From assembly GCA_964553015.1 (NCBI GenBank), contig CAZKJE010000003.1, positions 1-51,741 of the forward strand: DNA of 51,741 bases, in the 5' to 3' direction. The notes beneath the pieces are model-generated. The model ran no database searches. It was not told where the DNA came from and saw only the letters and a program-made list of their open reading frames with translations. Shown piece by piece: positions 25,747 through 35,064 of the stretch. Numbering within the stretch: position 1 is the stretch's first letter; every line of letters begins with the position of its first letter. The stretch is from an uncultured Candidatus Saccharibacteria bacterium (GTDB lineage: Bacteria > Patescibacteriota > Minisyncoccia > Phycocordibacterales > UBA9973). The translations under genes were made by a program, and so were the position numbers.

Positions 25747-26367
25747 ATGGAAGCAACCAACGCAATTTTTTATATAATAATACTTATTATGTCCGTAGTG
25801 ATTCACGAAGTTTCGCATGGTTTTATGGCGGAATATTTTGGGGACAACACAGCGAGAAATGCTGGACGCCTGACCTTAAACCCTCTCAAGCATCTGGATA
25901 TGTTCGGCTCTATCATTCTGCCGGCTGTGCTCATTTTATCCAAAGCCGGTTTTATTTTTGGCTGGGCCAAGCCGGTGCCTTACAATCCTGATAATCTAAG
26001 CAATAAAAAATGGGGAACTATTGCCGTCGCCAGCGCAGGAGTATTGGCAAACTTTTTTATTGCGCTGGTGTTCGGATTAATTATTCGCTTTTCTGCTGAT
26101 TTAAACCTGCCTTCTAATTTTTATTTTATAACTTCAGCAATTGTAATTGTGAATTTGGCTTTAGGTATTTTTAACTTAGTGCCTATTCCGCCCCTAGATG
26201 GCTCTAAAGTATTATTTTATCTTTTACCTGAATCCTTATACTCAAGAATCTTCAAGCTGGAGCAGTATTCTCTTATTCTTTTGCTCGTATTTATCGTTTT
26301 CTTTGCGGATTACCTATATCCCGTTCTTGCCTTTCTTTTTCATCTTGTTACCGGTTTACCTCTCTAG
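25747..26367 (+). CDS. Site-2 protease family (M50) zinc metalloprotease
   Basis: HEVSHGF zinc motif, NLVPIPPLDGS motif, and multiple TM helices. Confidence 0.85.
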   Translation: MEATNAIFYIIILIMSVVIHEVSHGFMAEYFGDNTARNAGRLTLNPLKHLDMFGSIILPAVLILSKAGFIFGWAKPVPYNPDNLSNKKWGTIAVASAGVLANFFIALVFGLIIRFSADLNLPSNFYFITSAIVIVNLALGIFNLVPIPPLDGSKVLFYLLPESLYSRIFKLEQYSLILLLVFIVFFADYLYPVLAFLFHLVTGLPL

Positions 26368-26380
26368 GTGCCCTTAAGGT

Positions 26381-26409
26381 TTGCAATTTTTAGAAGTATG
26401 TAGTAGATT
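26381..26409 (+). promoter_or_regulatory. Candidate promoter of the rpsL-rpsG-fusA unit
   Basis: TTGCAA-17 nt-TAGATT, followed at the predicted +1 by the hairpin GAGTC-ttttgg-GACTC and TTTTATTTT (26416-26440). Confidence 0.45.
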
Positions 26410-26455
26410 ATAGCTGAGTCTTTTGGGACTCTTTTATTTTGTTTGAGACATATAA

Positions 26456-26884
26456 ATGCCAACAATAAACCAATTAATTAAGAAAAACCGAGTGAAAATT
26501 CACTCCAAACACAAGACCGTCGCCTTGGCGAAGGGTTTTAACGTTCTCAAGAACCGACCAGTGTTTTACCCCGCTCCTTTCAAGCGAGGCGTATGCGTGA
26601 AAGTTTCTACCACCACTCCAAAGAAGCCAAACTCGGCGCTTCGAAAGATCGCGAGAGTGCGATTAACTAACGGCATGGAAGTTACGGCCTATATTCCGGG
26701 AGAAGGGCACAATTTGCAGGAACACTCCGTGGTCATGCTTCGCGGAGGGCGCGTGAAGGACTTGATCGGAGTACGATATCACATCGTTCGCGGAGTACTC
26801 GACACACAGGGAGTGGAAAAGCGCCGACAAGGGCGGTCGTTATACGGAAATAAAAAACCCCGAGAGGGAAAAGCTAAAGCCTAG
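26456..26884 (+). CDS. rpsL: 30S ribosomal protein S12
   Basis: [10 protein letters not shown].., [10 protein letters not shown] and LRGGRVKDL motifs. Confidence 0.95.
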   Translation: MPTINQLIKKNRVKIHSKHKTVALAKGFNVLKNRPVFYPAPFKRGVCVKVSTTTPKKPNSALRKIARVRLTNGMEVTAYIPGEGHNLQEHSVVMLRGGRVKDLIGVRYHIVRGVLDTQGVEKRRQGRSLYGNKKPREGKAKA

Positions 26885-26906
26885 CGCCTAATGCCTAGAG
26901 CCTAAA
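26879..26906 (+). repeat. Tandem heptamers GCCTAGC GCCTAAT GCCTAGA GCCTAAA spanning the rpsL stop
   Basis: Four 7-nt units, each carrying TAG or TAA, which places stops in all three frames. Confidence 0.75.
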
Positions 26907-26911
26907 AATTT

Positions 26912-27382
26912 ATGAGACGCAAAGTAAAAAATAGAAATAAAGTAGAACCGGATTTTATATACAACTCAGAAAAGCTCGAGAAGTTTATTAATTACATCAT
27001 GTGGTCCGGGAAAAAAGAGACTGCGCGTAAAGTTATGTATTCAGCCTTTGATACGATAAAAGAAAAAACCGGCAATCCAAACCCGCTTGAAGTTTTTGAT
27101 CTTGCTCTCCGAAACGCCGGCCCGATGACCGAAGTTCGTTCAAAAAGAATTGGAGGCGCAAACTATCAGGTGCCTATCGAAGTCCGCGCAGAACGCAGGC
27201 TTGCTTTAGCAATGCGCTGGATCCGCGATGCCGCTCGTGGGGGCAAAGGACGCCCAATGCATCTGAAGCTTGCAGACGAAATTATAGCGGCTTCCAAGAA
27301 CGAAGGTTCAGCTATTAAAAAGAAAGAAGATACTCACAAAATGGCAGAAGCCAACAAAGCTTTTGCCCACTTTGCGTGGTAA
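26912..27382 (+). CDS. rpsG: 30S ribosomal protein S7
   Basis: GKKETARKVMY...EVRSKRIGGANYQVPIEV pattern. Confidence 0.95.
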   Translation: MRRKVKNRNKVEPDFIYNSEKLEKFINYIMWSGKKETARKVMYSAFDTIKEKTGNPNPLEVFDLALRNAGPMTEVRSKRIGGANYQVPIEVRAERRLALAMRWIRDAARGGKGRPMHLKLADEIIAASKNEGSAIKKKEDTHKMAEANKAFAHFAW

Positions 27383-27394
27383 TTTTTATAAAAT

Positions 27395-29551
27395 ATGGAA
27401 AGAGATTATCCTTTAGAAAAAGTTAGGAATATTGGAATTATCGCGCACATTGATGCGGGCAAGACGACGACCACCGAGCGCGTGCTTTTTTATACCGGCG
27501 TATCCCACAAAATAGGAGAAGTGCATGACGGCGAAACTACTACCGACTGGATGGAACAGGAACGAGAACGCGGAATCACTATTACCTCTGCGGCGGTTAC
27601 TTGTTTCTGGACCCCGACTTACGCTTTGACTGACAAAACCAAGAAGCACAGATTTAATATTATTGACACCCCGGGGCACATAGATTTCACCGTGGAAGTG
27701 AAGCGTTCTCTTCGCGTGCTCGACGGCGCAGTCGTTGTTTTCGACGGCGTGGCCGGAGTAGAACCTCAGTCAGAAACAAACTGGCGCTATGCCGACGAAG
27801 CCAAAGTGCCTCGTATTTGTTTTATAAATAAACTAGACCGAACCGGCGCCTCTTTTGAACATTCTTTCGCTACTATTTTAGACCGCCTATCAAAAAAAGC
27901 TGTGCGCATGCAGATACCTATCGGACTCGAAGAAAAGCATGAAGGCGTCGTGGATCTTCTTCGCATGAAGGCTTACTATTTTGAAGGAGATATGGGGAAT
28001 AAAGTTGTTGAAAAAGACTTAGATTCTTTGCCGGAAGAAATGAAAGCAGCCGCAGAAGGATTTCACTCTGAACTTATTGAAAAAATAGTTGAGACAGATG
28101 ATGTGATGATGACCGAATATTTGGAAGGAATTATTCCCGACATGGATGTTTTGAAAAAGACGCTTCGCAAAGCTGTGATTGCAAACGAAATTTTCCCAGT
28201 GTTCGCCGGTTCTGCGCTAAAAAACAAAGGTGTGCAGCTCGTGCTCGACGCTGTGGTGGATTACCTGCCAGCTCCGACAGACATTCCCCCTATTCCCGGA
28301 ATAAATCCAGACACCGAAGAGCCAATGCTTCGGCATGCATCTGACGCCGAGCCTTTCTCGGCGCTTGCTTTCAAAGTGGCGACCGATCCATTCGTCGGGC
28401 AGATTATTTTCTTCCGCGTATATTCTGGAAGCCTCACCGCAGGAAGCTATGTATACAATCCTAGAACCCGAAACAAAGAGCGCATCGGCCGAATACTCCG
28501 CATGCACGCAAACGATCGCGAAGAAGTGAAGCAAGTTTTTGCCGGAGAGATCGCCGCCGCTGTAGGACTGAAAGATACAATTACTTCAGATACAATTTGT
28601 GATGAGGCAAACCCAATCGAATTAAACAGAATTGTTTTTCCAGAACCAGTTATTTCGCTTCGCATTGAGCCAAAGACAAAAGCTGACCAAGAAAAAATGG
28701 GTATGGCTTTGAACCGCCTTGCGCAGGAAGATCCTACTTTTAAAGTTACAACTGACCAAGAAACAGGAGAGACTATCATCGCCGGCATGGGAGAGCTTCA
28801 CCTTGAAATTATCGTGGATCGCATGAAGCGCGAATTTACTGTGGAGGCTAATGTCGGCAAACCGCAGGTTGCTTATAGAGAAACTATCAATGGCAACGCT
28901 GAAGCAGAAGGAAAATATATCAAGCAATCCGGCGGCCGCGGAAACTACGGACACGTGAAAATAAAAGTGAAGCCGATGGAAATGCTTACCAAAGAAGAAC
29001 TGGAAGATCTGCCAAAAAATACCAAGAGATCTCCGGGATTTGAATTTATCAACAACATCAAGGGAGGTGTGATTCCGCAGGAATACATCGCTCCTTGTGA
29101 AAAGGGATTCAAAGAGGGTCTTGATCGCGGAATTTTGGCCGGATTTAAAATGGTAAATGTATCTGTGGATCTTTGGGACGGTAGCTATCACGAAGTGGAC
29201 TCCAACGAAATGGCTTTCAAAATTGCTGCATCTATGGCTATCCAGGATGCCTGCCGAAGGGCGAACCCTGTAATTCTCGAGCCTATGATGAAAGTAGAAG
29301 TTATCACTCCGGATAAATTCATGGGAGACGTTACCGGAAACTTGTCTTCAAAACGCGGACTAATCGAAGGCATGGAAGACAGGGGAATGAACAAAGTCGT
29401 CAAAGCCATCGTACCTCTATCTGAAATGTTCGGATACATGACCGGCCTGCGCTCTATGACCGAAGGCCGCGCCGGCTTTACCATGGAATTCTTCCGCTAC
29501 GATATCGTTCCAAACAACGTCGCTGAAACAATCATCGCAGCTAGGAAATAA
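27395..29551 (+). CDS. fusA: Elongation factor G
   Basis: [21 protein letters not shown] and NKLDR GTPase motifs, at 718 aa. Confidence 0.95.
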   Translation: MERDYPLEKVRNIGIIAHIDAGKTTTTERVLFYTGVSHKIGEVHDGETTTDWMEQERERGITITSAAVTCFWTPTYALTDKTKKHRFNIIDTPGHIDFTVEVKRSLRVLDGAVVVFDGVAGVEPQSETNWRYADEAKVPRICFINKLDRTGASFEHSFATILDRLSKKAVRMQIPIGLEEKHEGVVDLLRMKAYYFEGDMGNKVVEKDLDSLPEEMKAAAEGFHSELIEKIVETDDVMMTEYLEGIIPDMDVLKKTLRKAVIANEIFPVFAGSALKNKGVQLVLDAVVDYLPAPTDIPPIPGINPDTEEPMLRHASDAEPFSALAFKVATDPFVGQIIFFRVYSGSLTAGSYVYNPRTRNKERIGRILRMHANDREEVKQVFAGEIAAAVGLKDTITSDTICDEANPIELNRIVFPEPVISLRIEPKTKADQEKMGMALNRLAQEDPTFKVTTDQETGETIIAGMGELHLEIIVDRMKREFTVEANVGKPQVAYRETINGNAEAEGKYIKQSGGRGNYGHVKIKVKPMEMLTKEELEDLPKNTKRSPGFEFINNIKGGVIPQEYIAPCEKGFKEGLDRGILAGFKMVNVSVDLWDGSYHEVDSNEMAFKIAASMAIQDACRRANPVILEPMMKVEVITPDKFMGDVTGNLSSKRGLIEGMEDRGMNKVVKAIVPLSEMFGYMTGLRSMTEGRAGFTMEFFRYDIVPNNVAETIIAARK

Positions 29552-29555
29552 ATCT

Positions 29556-29584
29556 AAAAAACTACTCGAAAGAGTAGTTTTTTG
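29556..29584 (+). terminator. Strong intrinsic terminator after fusA
   Basis: AAAAA-ACTACTC-gaaa-GAGTAGT-TTTTTT. Confidence 0.75.
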
Positions 29585-29598
29585 TTAATATTAAAGAT

Positions 29599-30675
29599 AT
29601 GCTTCAAACCCCTTTCTACGATCCGAATAAATCATATGAAGAAAACTTTACAGAAGGGCCTTTTGGAGCTTTTGCTAATGGAGAAATTTTTGAAAATATC
29701 GGCGGGTCGCAGTACGACTTTCTTGGAGTAAAAATAAATTCTCCTTTTGGAATTCCTGCTGGTCCGCTTTTGAATAGTAATTTTTGCAAATCTGCATTTG
29801 AAAAAGGTTTTGATATTTGTGTGTATAAAACTGTCCGGTCCGGAGTATATCCGTGCCATCCGTTTCCAAATGTTTTATCGGTAAAAGTGGATGGTGATTT
29901 AACATACGAAAAGGCGCAAGGTAAGTTAGTCGCTGATTATAATTATAACGAGCCTATTTCTATCACCAATTCTTTCGGCGTACCGTCGCGCGAACCTGCG
30001 GTATGGGCTGTTGATGTAAAAAAAGCTGTGTCTTATGCTCGCGAAGGTCAAGTTTTAGTTCTAGGCTTTATGGGCACAGTCAAAGAACACCAAACAGCAG
30101 AAGAATTTATCGCAGACTATGCCTTGGCCGCGAGACAAGCGATGCAAACCGGAGTAAAAGTTTTGGAAACAAATTTGTCCTGTCCGAATATCGGCAACGA
30201 AGGTCTTGTTTGTTACAATTTGGATATGACCGAAAAAGTATGCGAAGCTATTAGAAAAGAAATCGGAAATACCCCGCTTATTTTAAAAGTCGGCTACTAT
30301 AAAAATTATGAAGATGTAAAACTTCTGGCAGAGATTTGTAAAAAATATGCGCAGGGGATTTCTGCGATCAATACCATTCCCGCAGAAGTTGTGGACAAAG
30401 AAGGGAAGCCGGCATTGCCGGGCCCAAACAGATTAAAGTCCGGCGTGTGCGGAGCAGCTATAAAGTGGGCGGGGCTTGAAATGGCAGAAAAATTAAGCAA
30501 AGCACGGAGGGATACAGGAGGCGATTTTAAAATTATCGGAGTCGGCGGAGTGACAACACCGGAAGATTTCTTTGAATACCGAAAGGCCGGCGCGGATTTT
30601 GTAATGTCGGCGACGGGAGCGATGTGGAACCCGTATCTTGGAAAAGAAATTGCAGCGCGATTAAATAAGAGCTAG
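29599..30675 (+). CDS. pyrD: Dihydroorotate dehydrogenase-like flavoprotein (class 1 type)
   Basis: SPFGIPAGP, NLSCPN (Cys base) and GVGGV..G motifs of the DHOD/DHPD TIM-barrel family. Confidence 0.75.
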   Translation: MLQTPFYDPNKSYEENFTEGPFGAFANGEIFENIGGSQYDFLGVKINSPFGIPAGPLLNSNFCKSAFEKGFDICVYKTVRSGVYPCHPFPNVLSVKVDGDLTYEKAQGKLVADYNYNEPISITNSFGVPSREPAVWAVDVKKAVSYAREGQVLVLGFMGTVKEHQTAEEFIADYALAARQAMQTGVKVLETNLSCPNIGNEGLVCYNLDMTEKVCEAIRKEIGNTPLILKVGYYKNYEDVKLLAEICKKYAQGISAINTIPAEVVDKEGKPALPGPNRLKSGVCGAAIKWAGLEMAEKLSKARRDTGGDFKIIGVGGVTTPEDFFEYRKAGADFVMSATGAMWNPYLGKEIAARLNKS

Positions 30676-30684
30676 AATAAGATA

Positions 30685-31305
30685 ATGGATATTATTTCTA
30701 TTTTAAAAAACGTCGGAGCGGTATTGCCAGACAGCCATTTTGTCGGTACGTCCGGCAGGCATCTCGGTACGTATATAGTTAAAGACGCTTTGTTTCCACA
30801 TGTATTGGAAGTAGAAAAAGTTTGTAAAATGTTTGCAGAGAAAAATAAAGATCTGGATATCGATGTGGTCGCAGCTCCGGCCCTCGGCGGAATTATTTTG
30901 GCGCAAGGCACGGCGTATGCGCTTTCAAAACTAAAAGGCAAAGAAATACTGGCAGTTTTTACGGAAAAAACTTCCGAAGGAGATCAAATTTTCACGAGAG
31001 GATATGATGCATATGTAAAAGACAAAAATGTTTTAGTGCTGGAAGATCTAACTACTACCGGCGGCTCCGTCCAAAAAGTAATAAGTAGTGTAAAAAATTC
31101 CGGAGGCAACGTAGTAGCTGTATCCGTCATGGTTAATAAAAATCCTAAAGGGGTAACGAGTGCTTTGTTCGGAGCACCGTTCAACTCACTAGGGGAATTA
31201 GAAGTTGAAACGTTTGATGAAAAAGACTGCCCGCTTTGCAAAAATAATGTTACCGTAAATACGCAGTTTGGCCACGGGAAAAAGTTTTTAGAATCCAAAA
31301 AATAA
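30685..31305 (+). CDS. pyrE: Orotate phosphoribosyltransferase
   Basis: PRPP-binding motif VLVLEDLTTTGGS. Confidence 0.8.
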   Translation: MDIISILKNVGAVLPDSHFVGTSGRHLGTYIVKDALFPHVLEVEKVCKMFAEKNKDLDIDVVAAPALGGIILAQGTAYALSKLKGKEILAVFTEKTSEGDQIFTRGYDAYVKDKNVLVLEDLTTTGGSVQKVISSVKNSGGNVVAVSVMVNKNPKGVTSALFGAPFNSLGELEVETFDEKDCPLCKNNVTVNTQFGHGKKFLESKK

Positions 31306-31337
31306 TTAATGTTATCAATTTAGACGACCGTACAAAA

Positions 31338-32159
31338 GTGATAATAGATAAATACAACCAAAGGGCCAAGAAAATAAATTCGCTTCTTTGCGTAGGGCTT
31401 GATTCGGATTTTGAAAAAATTCCGGAAAAATTTAAGTCGCTGGAATTTCCGCAGTTTGAATTTAATAAATGGATCATAGAAGAGACACACAATTTCGCGG
31501 TCGCGATAAAGTGTAACAGCGCTTTTTATGAGGCTAGGGGAGATGCAGGAATAAAAGAATTAAAAATGACTATGGATTATTTAATCAAAAATCACCCTGA
31601 TATTTTTACAATTCTTGATGCCAAGCGCGCAGATATTGGAAATACAAACAATGGCTATGTCACTTCAATTTTCGACTGGCTCGGATTTGATGTTGTAACT
31701 CTTCACCCATATTTGGGCGAAGAAGCGCTTATGCCTTTCTTGGATAGAAAAGATAAAGGTTCTATAATTCTTTGCAGGACTTCAAATCTAGGCGCGAGCG
31801 AATTGCAAGATTTAGTCGTAGAAGATCCGCGCCATGGCGGGGCAGGCAAGCCAATTTGGCAGATTGTGGCGGAAAGGGTTAGCGAAGTATGGAATAAAAA
31901 TAATAATTGCATGCTCGTCGTCGGCGCTACATATCCGGAAGAAATGAAGAAAATAAGGGAAATTTCTGGTGAAATGACTTTCCTGGTGCCGGGCATCGGC
32001 GCGCAGGGCGGAAGCGTAGAAGAAGTTATGAAAGCGGGTCTCAACAGCGAAGGCCTTGGCTTAATTATTAATTCTTCTCGCGGAATAATTTTCTCTGAAA
32101 ATCCAAAAGAAGAGGCTCGAAAACTTTGCGAAGAGATTAGGAAATATATTAAAAAGTAA
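31338..32159 (+). CDS. pyrF: Orotidine 5'-phosphate decarboxylase (type 2); GTG start
   Basis: LCVGLDSD, ILDAKRADIGNT and PGIGAQGG motifs. Confidence 0.85.
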   Translation: MIIDKYNQRAKKINSLLCVGLDSDFEKIPEKFKSLEFPQFEFNKWIIEETHNFAVAIKCNSAFYEARGDAGIKELKMTMDYLIKNHPDIFTILDAKRADIGNTNNGYVTSIFDWLGFDVVTLHPYLGEEALMPFLDRKDKGSIILCRTSNLGASELQDLVVEDPRHGGAGKPIWQIVAERVSEVWNKNNNCMLVVGATYPEEMKKIREISGEMTFLVPGIGAQGGSVEEVMKAGLNSEGLGLIINSSRGIIFSENPKEEARKLCEEIRKYIKK

Positions 32160-32171
32160 TGTAATCTTTTT

Positions 32172-32486
32172 ATGGCTGAAACATTTAACGGAGGCGAAGA
32201 GAGAATTCCTCCATTGTATCTAAAAAATAAAGAAATAAAAGAAAAAATAGAACATCTATACTCAAGCATTACGAAAGAAAAAAGAGGAGCGTTTTATAGT
32301 GAAATTATTTCCTATGCAAAATATTTACAAAGCAAATACCCAGATCATAGAAAATGGGAGGTGTTTCATGTGATTTCATTCAGCACTATAACCCCAGAAA
32401 TGGGAGAGCTTATAAAAGAGGACTTTCCGGGAGAAGACTCTGTGGAAGCCTTTGTTAATAAATTAATGTCTAAGTACAAGATTTGA
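32172..32486 (+). CDS. Hypothetical protein (104 aa)
   Basis: Clean ORF in host-like composition. No recognised motif. Confidence 0.45.
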   Translation: MAETFNGGEERIPPLYLKNKEIKEKIEHLYSSITKEKRGAFYSEIISYAKYLQSKYPDHRKWEVFHVISFSTITPEMGELIKEDFPGEDSVEAFVNKLMSKYKI

Positions 32487-32510
32487 CAATGGTTTAGAAT
32501 CTGCTATTAT
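32483..32510 (+). promoter_or_regulatory. Promoter of the tuf-S10 unit
   Basis: TTGACA-16 nt-TATTAT with an extended -10 TGC. It is followed at +1 by AACTGCA-ctttt-TGCAGTT and then TTTATTAT (32517-32543). Confidence 0.6.
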
Positions 32511-32702
32511 CTGTGGAACTGCACTTTTTGCAGTTTTTATTATGGCTAGCGAGTGATATCGTGGAAAACCTTGGTTTTACATGATTCGCGAGCAAAGACA
32601 TAACAAATTTATTTATTATGGTTTTTTAATTTTAGTTAATAATTAGGCCTTAGCGACTGGTTCTCGTACGTTAAGTTTTAATTAGTAACATCAAATAAAC
32701 AT

Positions 32703-33896
32703 ATGGCAGAAGAATTTAAAAGAGATAAGCCGCACATCAACGTCGGCACCATCGGTCACGTCGACCATGGAAAGACCACTTTAACAGCTGCAATCTTGCA
32801 CGTGTTAAACATGGCAGGAAAGACTGTTCGCCTTCGAGGTGTTGATCAGATCGACAACGCTCCGGAAGAAAAAGCGAGAGGAATCACTATTAACATTTCC
32901 CACAACGAGTACGCTACCGATGCCCGCCATTACGCGCACATCGACGCTCCGGGTCACGCTGACTACATAAAAAACATGATCACTGGTGCCGCTCAGATGG
33001 ACGGCGCAGTTCTTGTCGTTGCTGCTACTGACGGAGCAATGCCTCAAACCCGCGAACACGTTCTCCTTGCAAAGCAAGTCGGCGTTCCAAAGATCATAGT
33101 TTTCCTAAACAAGTGCGACATGGTTGACGATAAAGACATGGTTGACCTTGTGGAAGAAGAAATCCGAGAATTACTTACAAAACAAGGCTTTGACGGCGCA
33201 GGCGCTCCGGTTATCCGAGGTTCTGCTCTCAAGGCTCTTGAAGCAAAGTCTATGGATGATGAATGGGCAAAGAAAGTTATGGACCTTGTAAATGCTCTTG
33301 ATACTTATATTCCAGTTCCAGAACGAGATGTTACCAAGCCTTTCCTTATGCCGGTTGAAGACATCTTCTCTATCGAAGGCCGCGGAACAGTTGTTACCGG
33401 TAAAATAGAAAGAGGAGTGGTCAAAGTCGGTGAAGACGTCGAAGTCGTCGGAATAAAGCCTACTGCGAAGACTACTGTAACCGGAATTGAAATGTTCAAC
33501 AAAAATCTTCAGGAAGGTATGGCTGGAGACAACGCCGGTATACTTCTCCGAGGACTCAAGAAAGAAGACATCACTCGCGGACAGGTTCTCGCAAAGCCGG
33601 GAACTGTTACCCCTCATGATAGCTTTACAGCAGAAATTTATGTTTTGAAAAAAGAAGAAGGCGGACGACACACTCCATTCTTCAAGGGTTACAAGCCTCA
33701 GTTCTACATCCGAACTACGGATGTGACCGGAGACGTTACCCTCGCTGAAGGAGTTGAGATGGTGATGCCGGGAGATACCGTAAAGATCACTGTTAAACTT
33801 GTTACCCCAGTTGCGCTTGAAGAATCCCAGAGATTCGCTATCCGAGAAGGAGGCAAGACTGTCGGCGCGGGGGTGGTTACAAAGATCTTAGGTTAA
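32703..33896 (+). CDS. tuf: Elongation factor Tu
   Basis: [18 protein letters not shown] and NKCD motifs, at 397 aa. Confidence 0.97.
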   Translation: MAEEFKRDKPHINVGTIGHVDHGKTTLTAAILHVLNMAGKTVRLRGVDQIDNAPEEKARGITINISHNEYATDARHYAHIDAPGHADYIKNMITGAAQMDGAVLVVAATDGAMPQTREHVLLAKQVGVPKIIVFLNKCDMVDDKDMVDLVEEEIRELLTKQGFDGAGAPVIRGSALKALEAKSMDDEWAKKVMDLVNALDTYIPVPERDVTKPFLMPVEDIFSIEGRGTVVTGKIERGVVKVGEDVEVVGIKPTAKTTVTGIEMFNKNLQEGMAGDNAGILLRGLKKEDITRGQVLAKPGTVTPHDSFTAEIYVLKKEEGGRHTPFFKGYKPQFYIRTTDVTGDVTLAEGVEMVMPGDTVKITVKLVTPVALEESQRFAIREGGKTVGAGVVTKILG

Positions 33897-33964
33897 TTAC
33901 GAATTAAAGATTATGAGTTACGAATTGAAATTGAAAATTCGTAATTGTTAATTGACAATTGATT
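33894..33964 (+). repeat. AT-rich spacer with 7-nt periodicity and an internal 9-bp hairpin
   Basis: TAATTAC GAATTAA AGATTAT GAGTTAC GAATTGA, then AATTGAA AATTCGT AATTGTT AATTGAC AATTGAT. The hairpin is TTACGAATT-N9-AATTCGTAA at 33918-33944. Confidence 0.6.
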
Positions 33965-34387
33965 ATGGCAACAACAGAGACCAAAACAAAAAAGCTTCCG
34001 ACAAAGAAGGTCGGGGCCAAAAAAGCACCAAAAGCTTCTCCTAAAAGAGAAAAACCTGTCCGCGCAGGTGGGGCGGAAGGAAAAGTTGTGCTTCGCATCC
34101 GAGTCCGCGCTTACGAGAGCAAGGTGCTCGATGCTTCTGTGAAGCAGATCATGGATACTGCCATGAGATACGACGCGAGTATTGTAGGTCCTGTGCCGTT
34201 GCCAACTGAAATAAAGAAATATACGGTCAATCGTTCATCTTTTATTTACAAAAACACACGAGAGCAGTTTGAAATAAGGGTGCACAAAAGACTGATCGAT
34301 ATATTAAACCCAAACGCAAAGACGATAGAAGCTCTCACAAATCTGACGCTCCCTTCTGGAGTAGATATTGACGTGAAGATGATGTAG
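33965..34387 (+). CDS. rpsJ: 30S ribosomal protein S10 with a Lys-rich N-terminal extension of about 40 aa
   Basis: The core LRIRVRAYESKVLD...GPVPLPT...FEIRVHKRLIDI is preceded by MATTETKTKKLPTKKVGAKKAPKASPK.. The start could also be TTG 33959. Confidence 0.9.
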   Translation: MATTETKTKKLPTKKVGAKKAPKASPKREKPVRAGGAEGKVVLRIRVRAYESKVLDASVKQIMDTAMRYDASIVGPVPLPTEIKKYTVNRSSFIYKNTREQFEIRVHKRLIDILNPNAKTIEALTNLTLPSGVDIDVKMM

Positions 34388-34392
34388 ATAAA

Positions 34393-34427
34393 TAGGCACT
34401 AGACTTTAGGCGCTAGGCATTAGCAAA
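34393..34427 (+). repeat. Tandem heptamers TAGGCAC TAGACTT TAGGCGC TAGGCAT TAGCAAA
   Basis: TAG occurs at 34393, 34400, 34407, 34414 and 34421, between rpsJ and rplC. Confidence 0.75.
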
Positions 34428-34428
34428 A

Positions 34429-35046
34429 ATGAAATTCATATTAGGTACAAAAGAAAATATGGCGGAGTACTTTGCAGAAGACGGCAAGGTAGTTCCTGTG
34501 ACAATAATTTCTGCGGCTCCTTCCACAGTCACCCGTATTTTTTCCAAAGATAAAGACGGCTATGATTCCGTGCAGGTTGGCTTTGGTTCTCAAAAGAAAG
34601 AAAGAGTTACAAAGGGGCGAGCCGGAGCCATGAAAGGCGCTTTTTACAAGACCCTAAAGGAATTCAGGCTTAAATCTGCAGACAAAGTAGAAATGAAGGA
34701 AGGGGACGTTATAGATGTTTCTTCTTTTGTAGCGGGAGACAAAATTACAGTTTCAAGCATTTCCAAAGGTAAGGGTTTTCAGGGTGTGGTAAAGAGGCAC
34801 GGCTTTGCCGGAGGCCCCCGAACACACGGCCAGAAACATTCCGAGCGCGAACCAGGAAGTATCGGCGGAGGTTTGCGTACACACGTTCCAAAAGGCATGA
34901 GAATGGCGGGCAGAATGGGCTCCGATAGAATAACCCAGAAGAATCTCTCGGTTGTTCTTGTAGATAAGGAAAATAATTTTATGCTTATAAAAGGGGCGGT
35001 CGCCGGCAAGCGTGGAACTTTGGTAGAAATAATAAGCAGAGGTTAA
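34429..35046 (+). CDS. rplC: 50S ribosomal protein L3
   Basis: GKGFQGVVKRHGFAGGPRTHGQ motif. Confidence 0.95.
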   Translation: MKFILGTKENMAEYFAEDGKVVPVTIISAAPSTVTRIFSKDKDGYDSVQVGFGSQKKERVTKGRAGAMKGAFYKTLKEFRLKSADKVEMKEGDVIDVSSFVAGDKITVSSISKGKGFQGVVKRHGFAGGPRTHGQKHSEREPGSIGGGLRTHVPKGMRMAGRMGSDRITQKNLSVVLVDKENNFMLIKGAVAGKRGTLVEIISRG

Positions 35047-35064
35047 AAATAGTTTTATAAAATC

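Noticed and set aside
31318-31346. TTTAGA-16-ATAATA as a pyrF promoter sharing the ACGGCCGT-like motif
   Set aside because: The -10 would lie inside the pyrF coding start (GTG 31338), and no later start codon fits the conserved N-terminus. The 13-mer match has one mismatch and could be chance. It is mentioned only under the Cas2-like finding.
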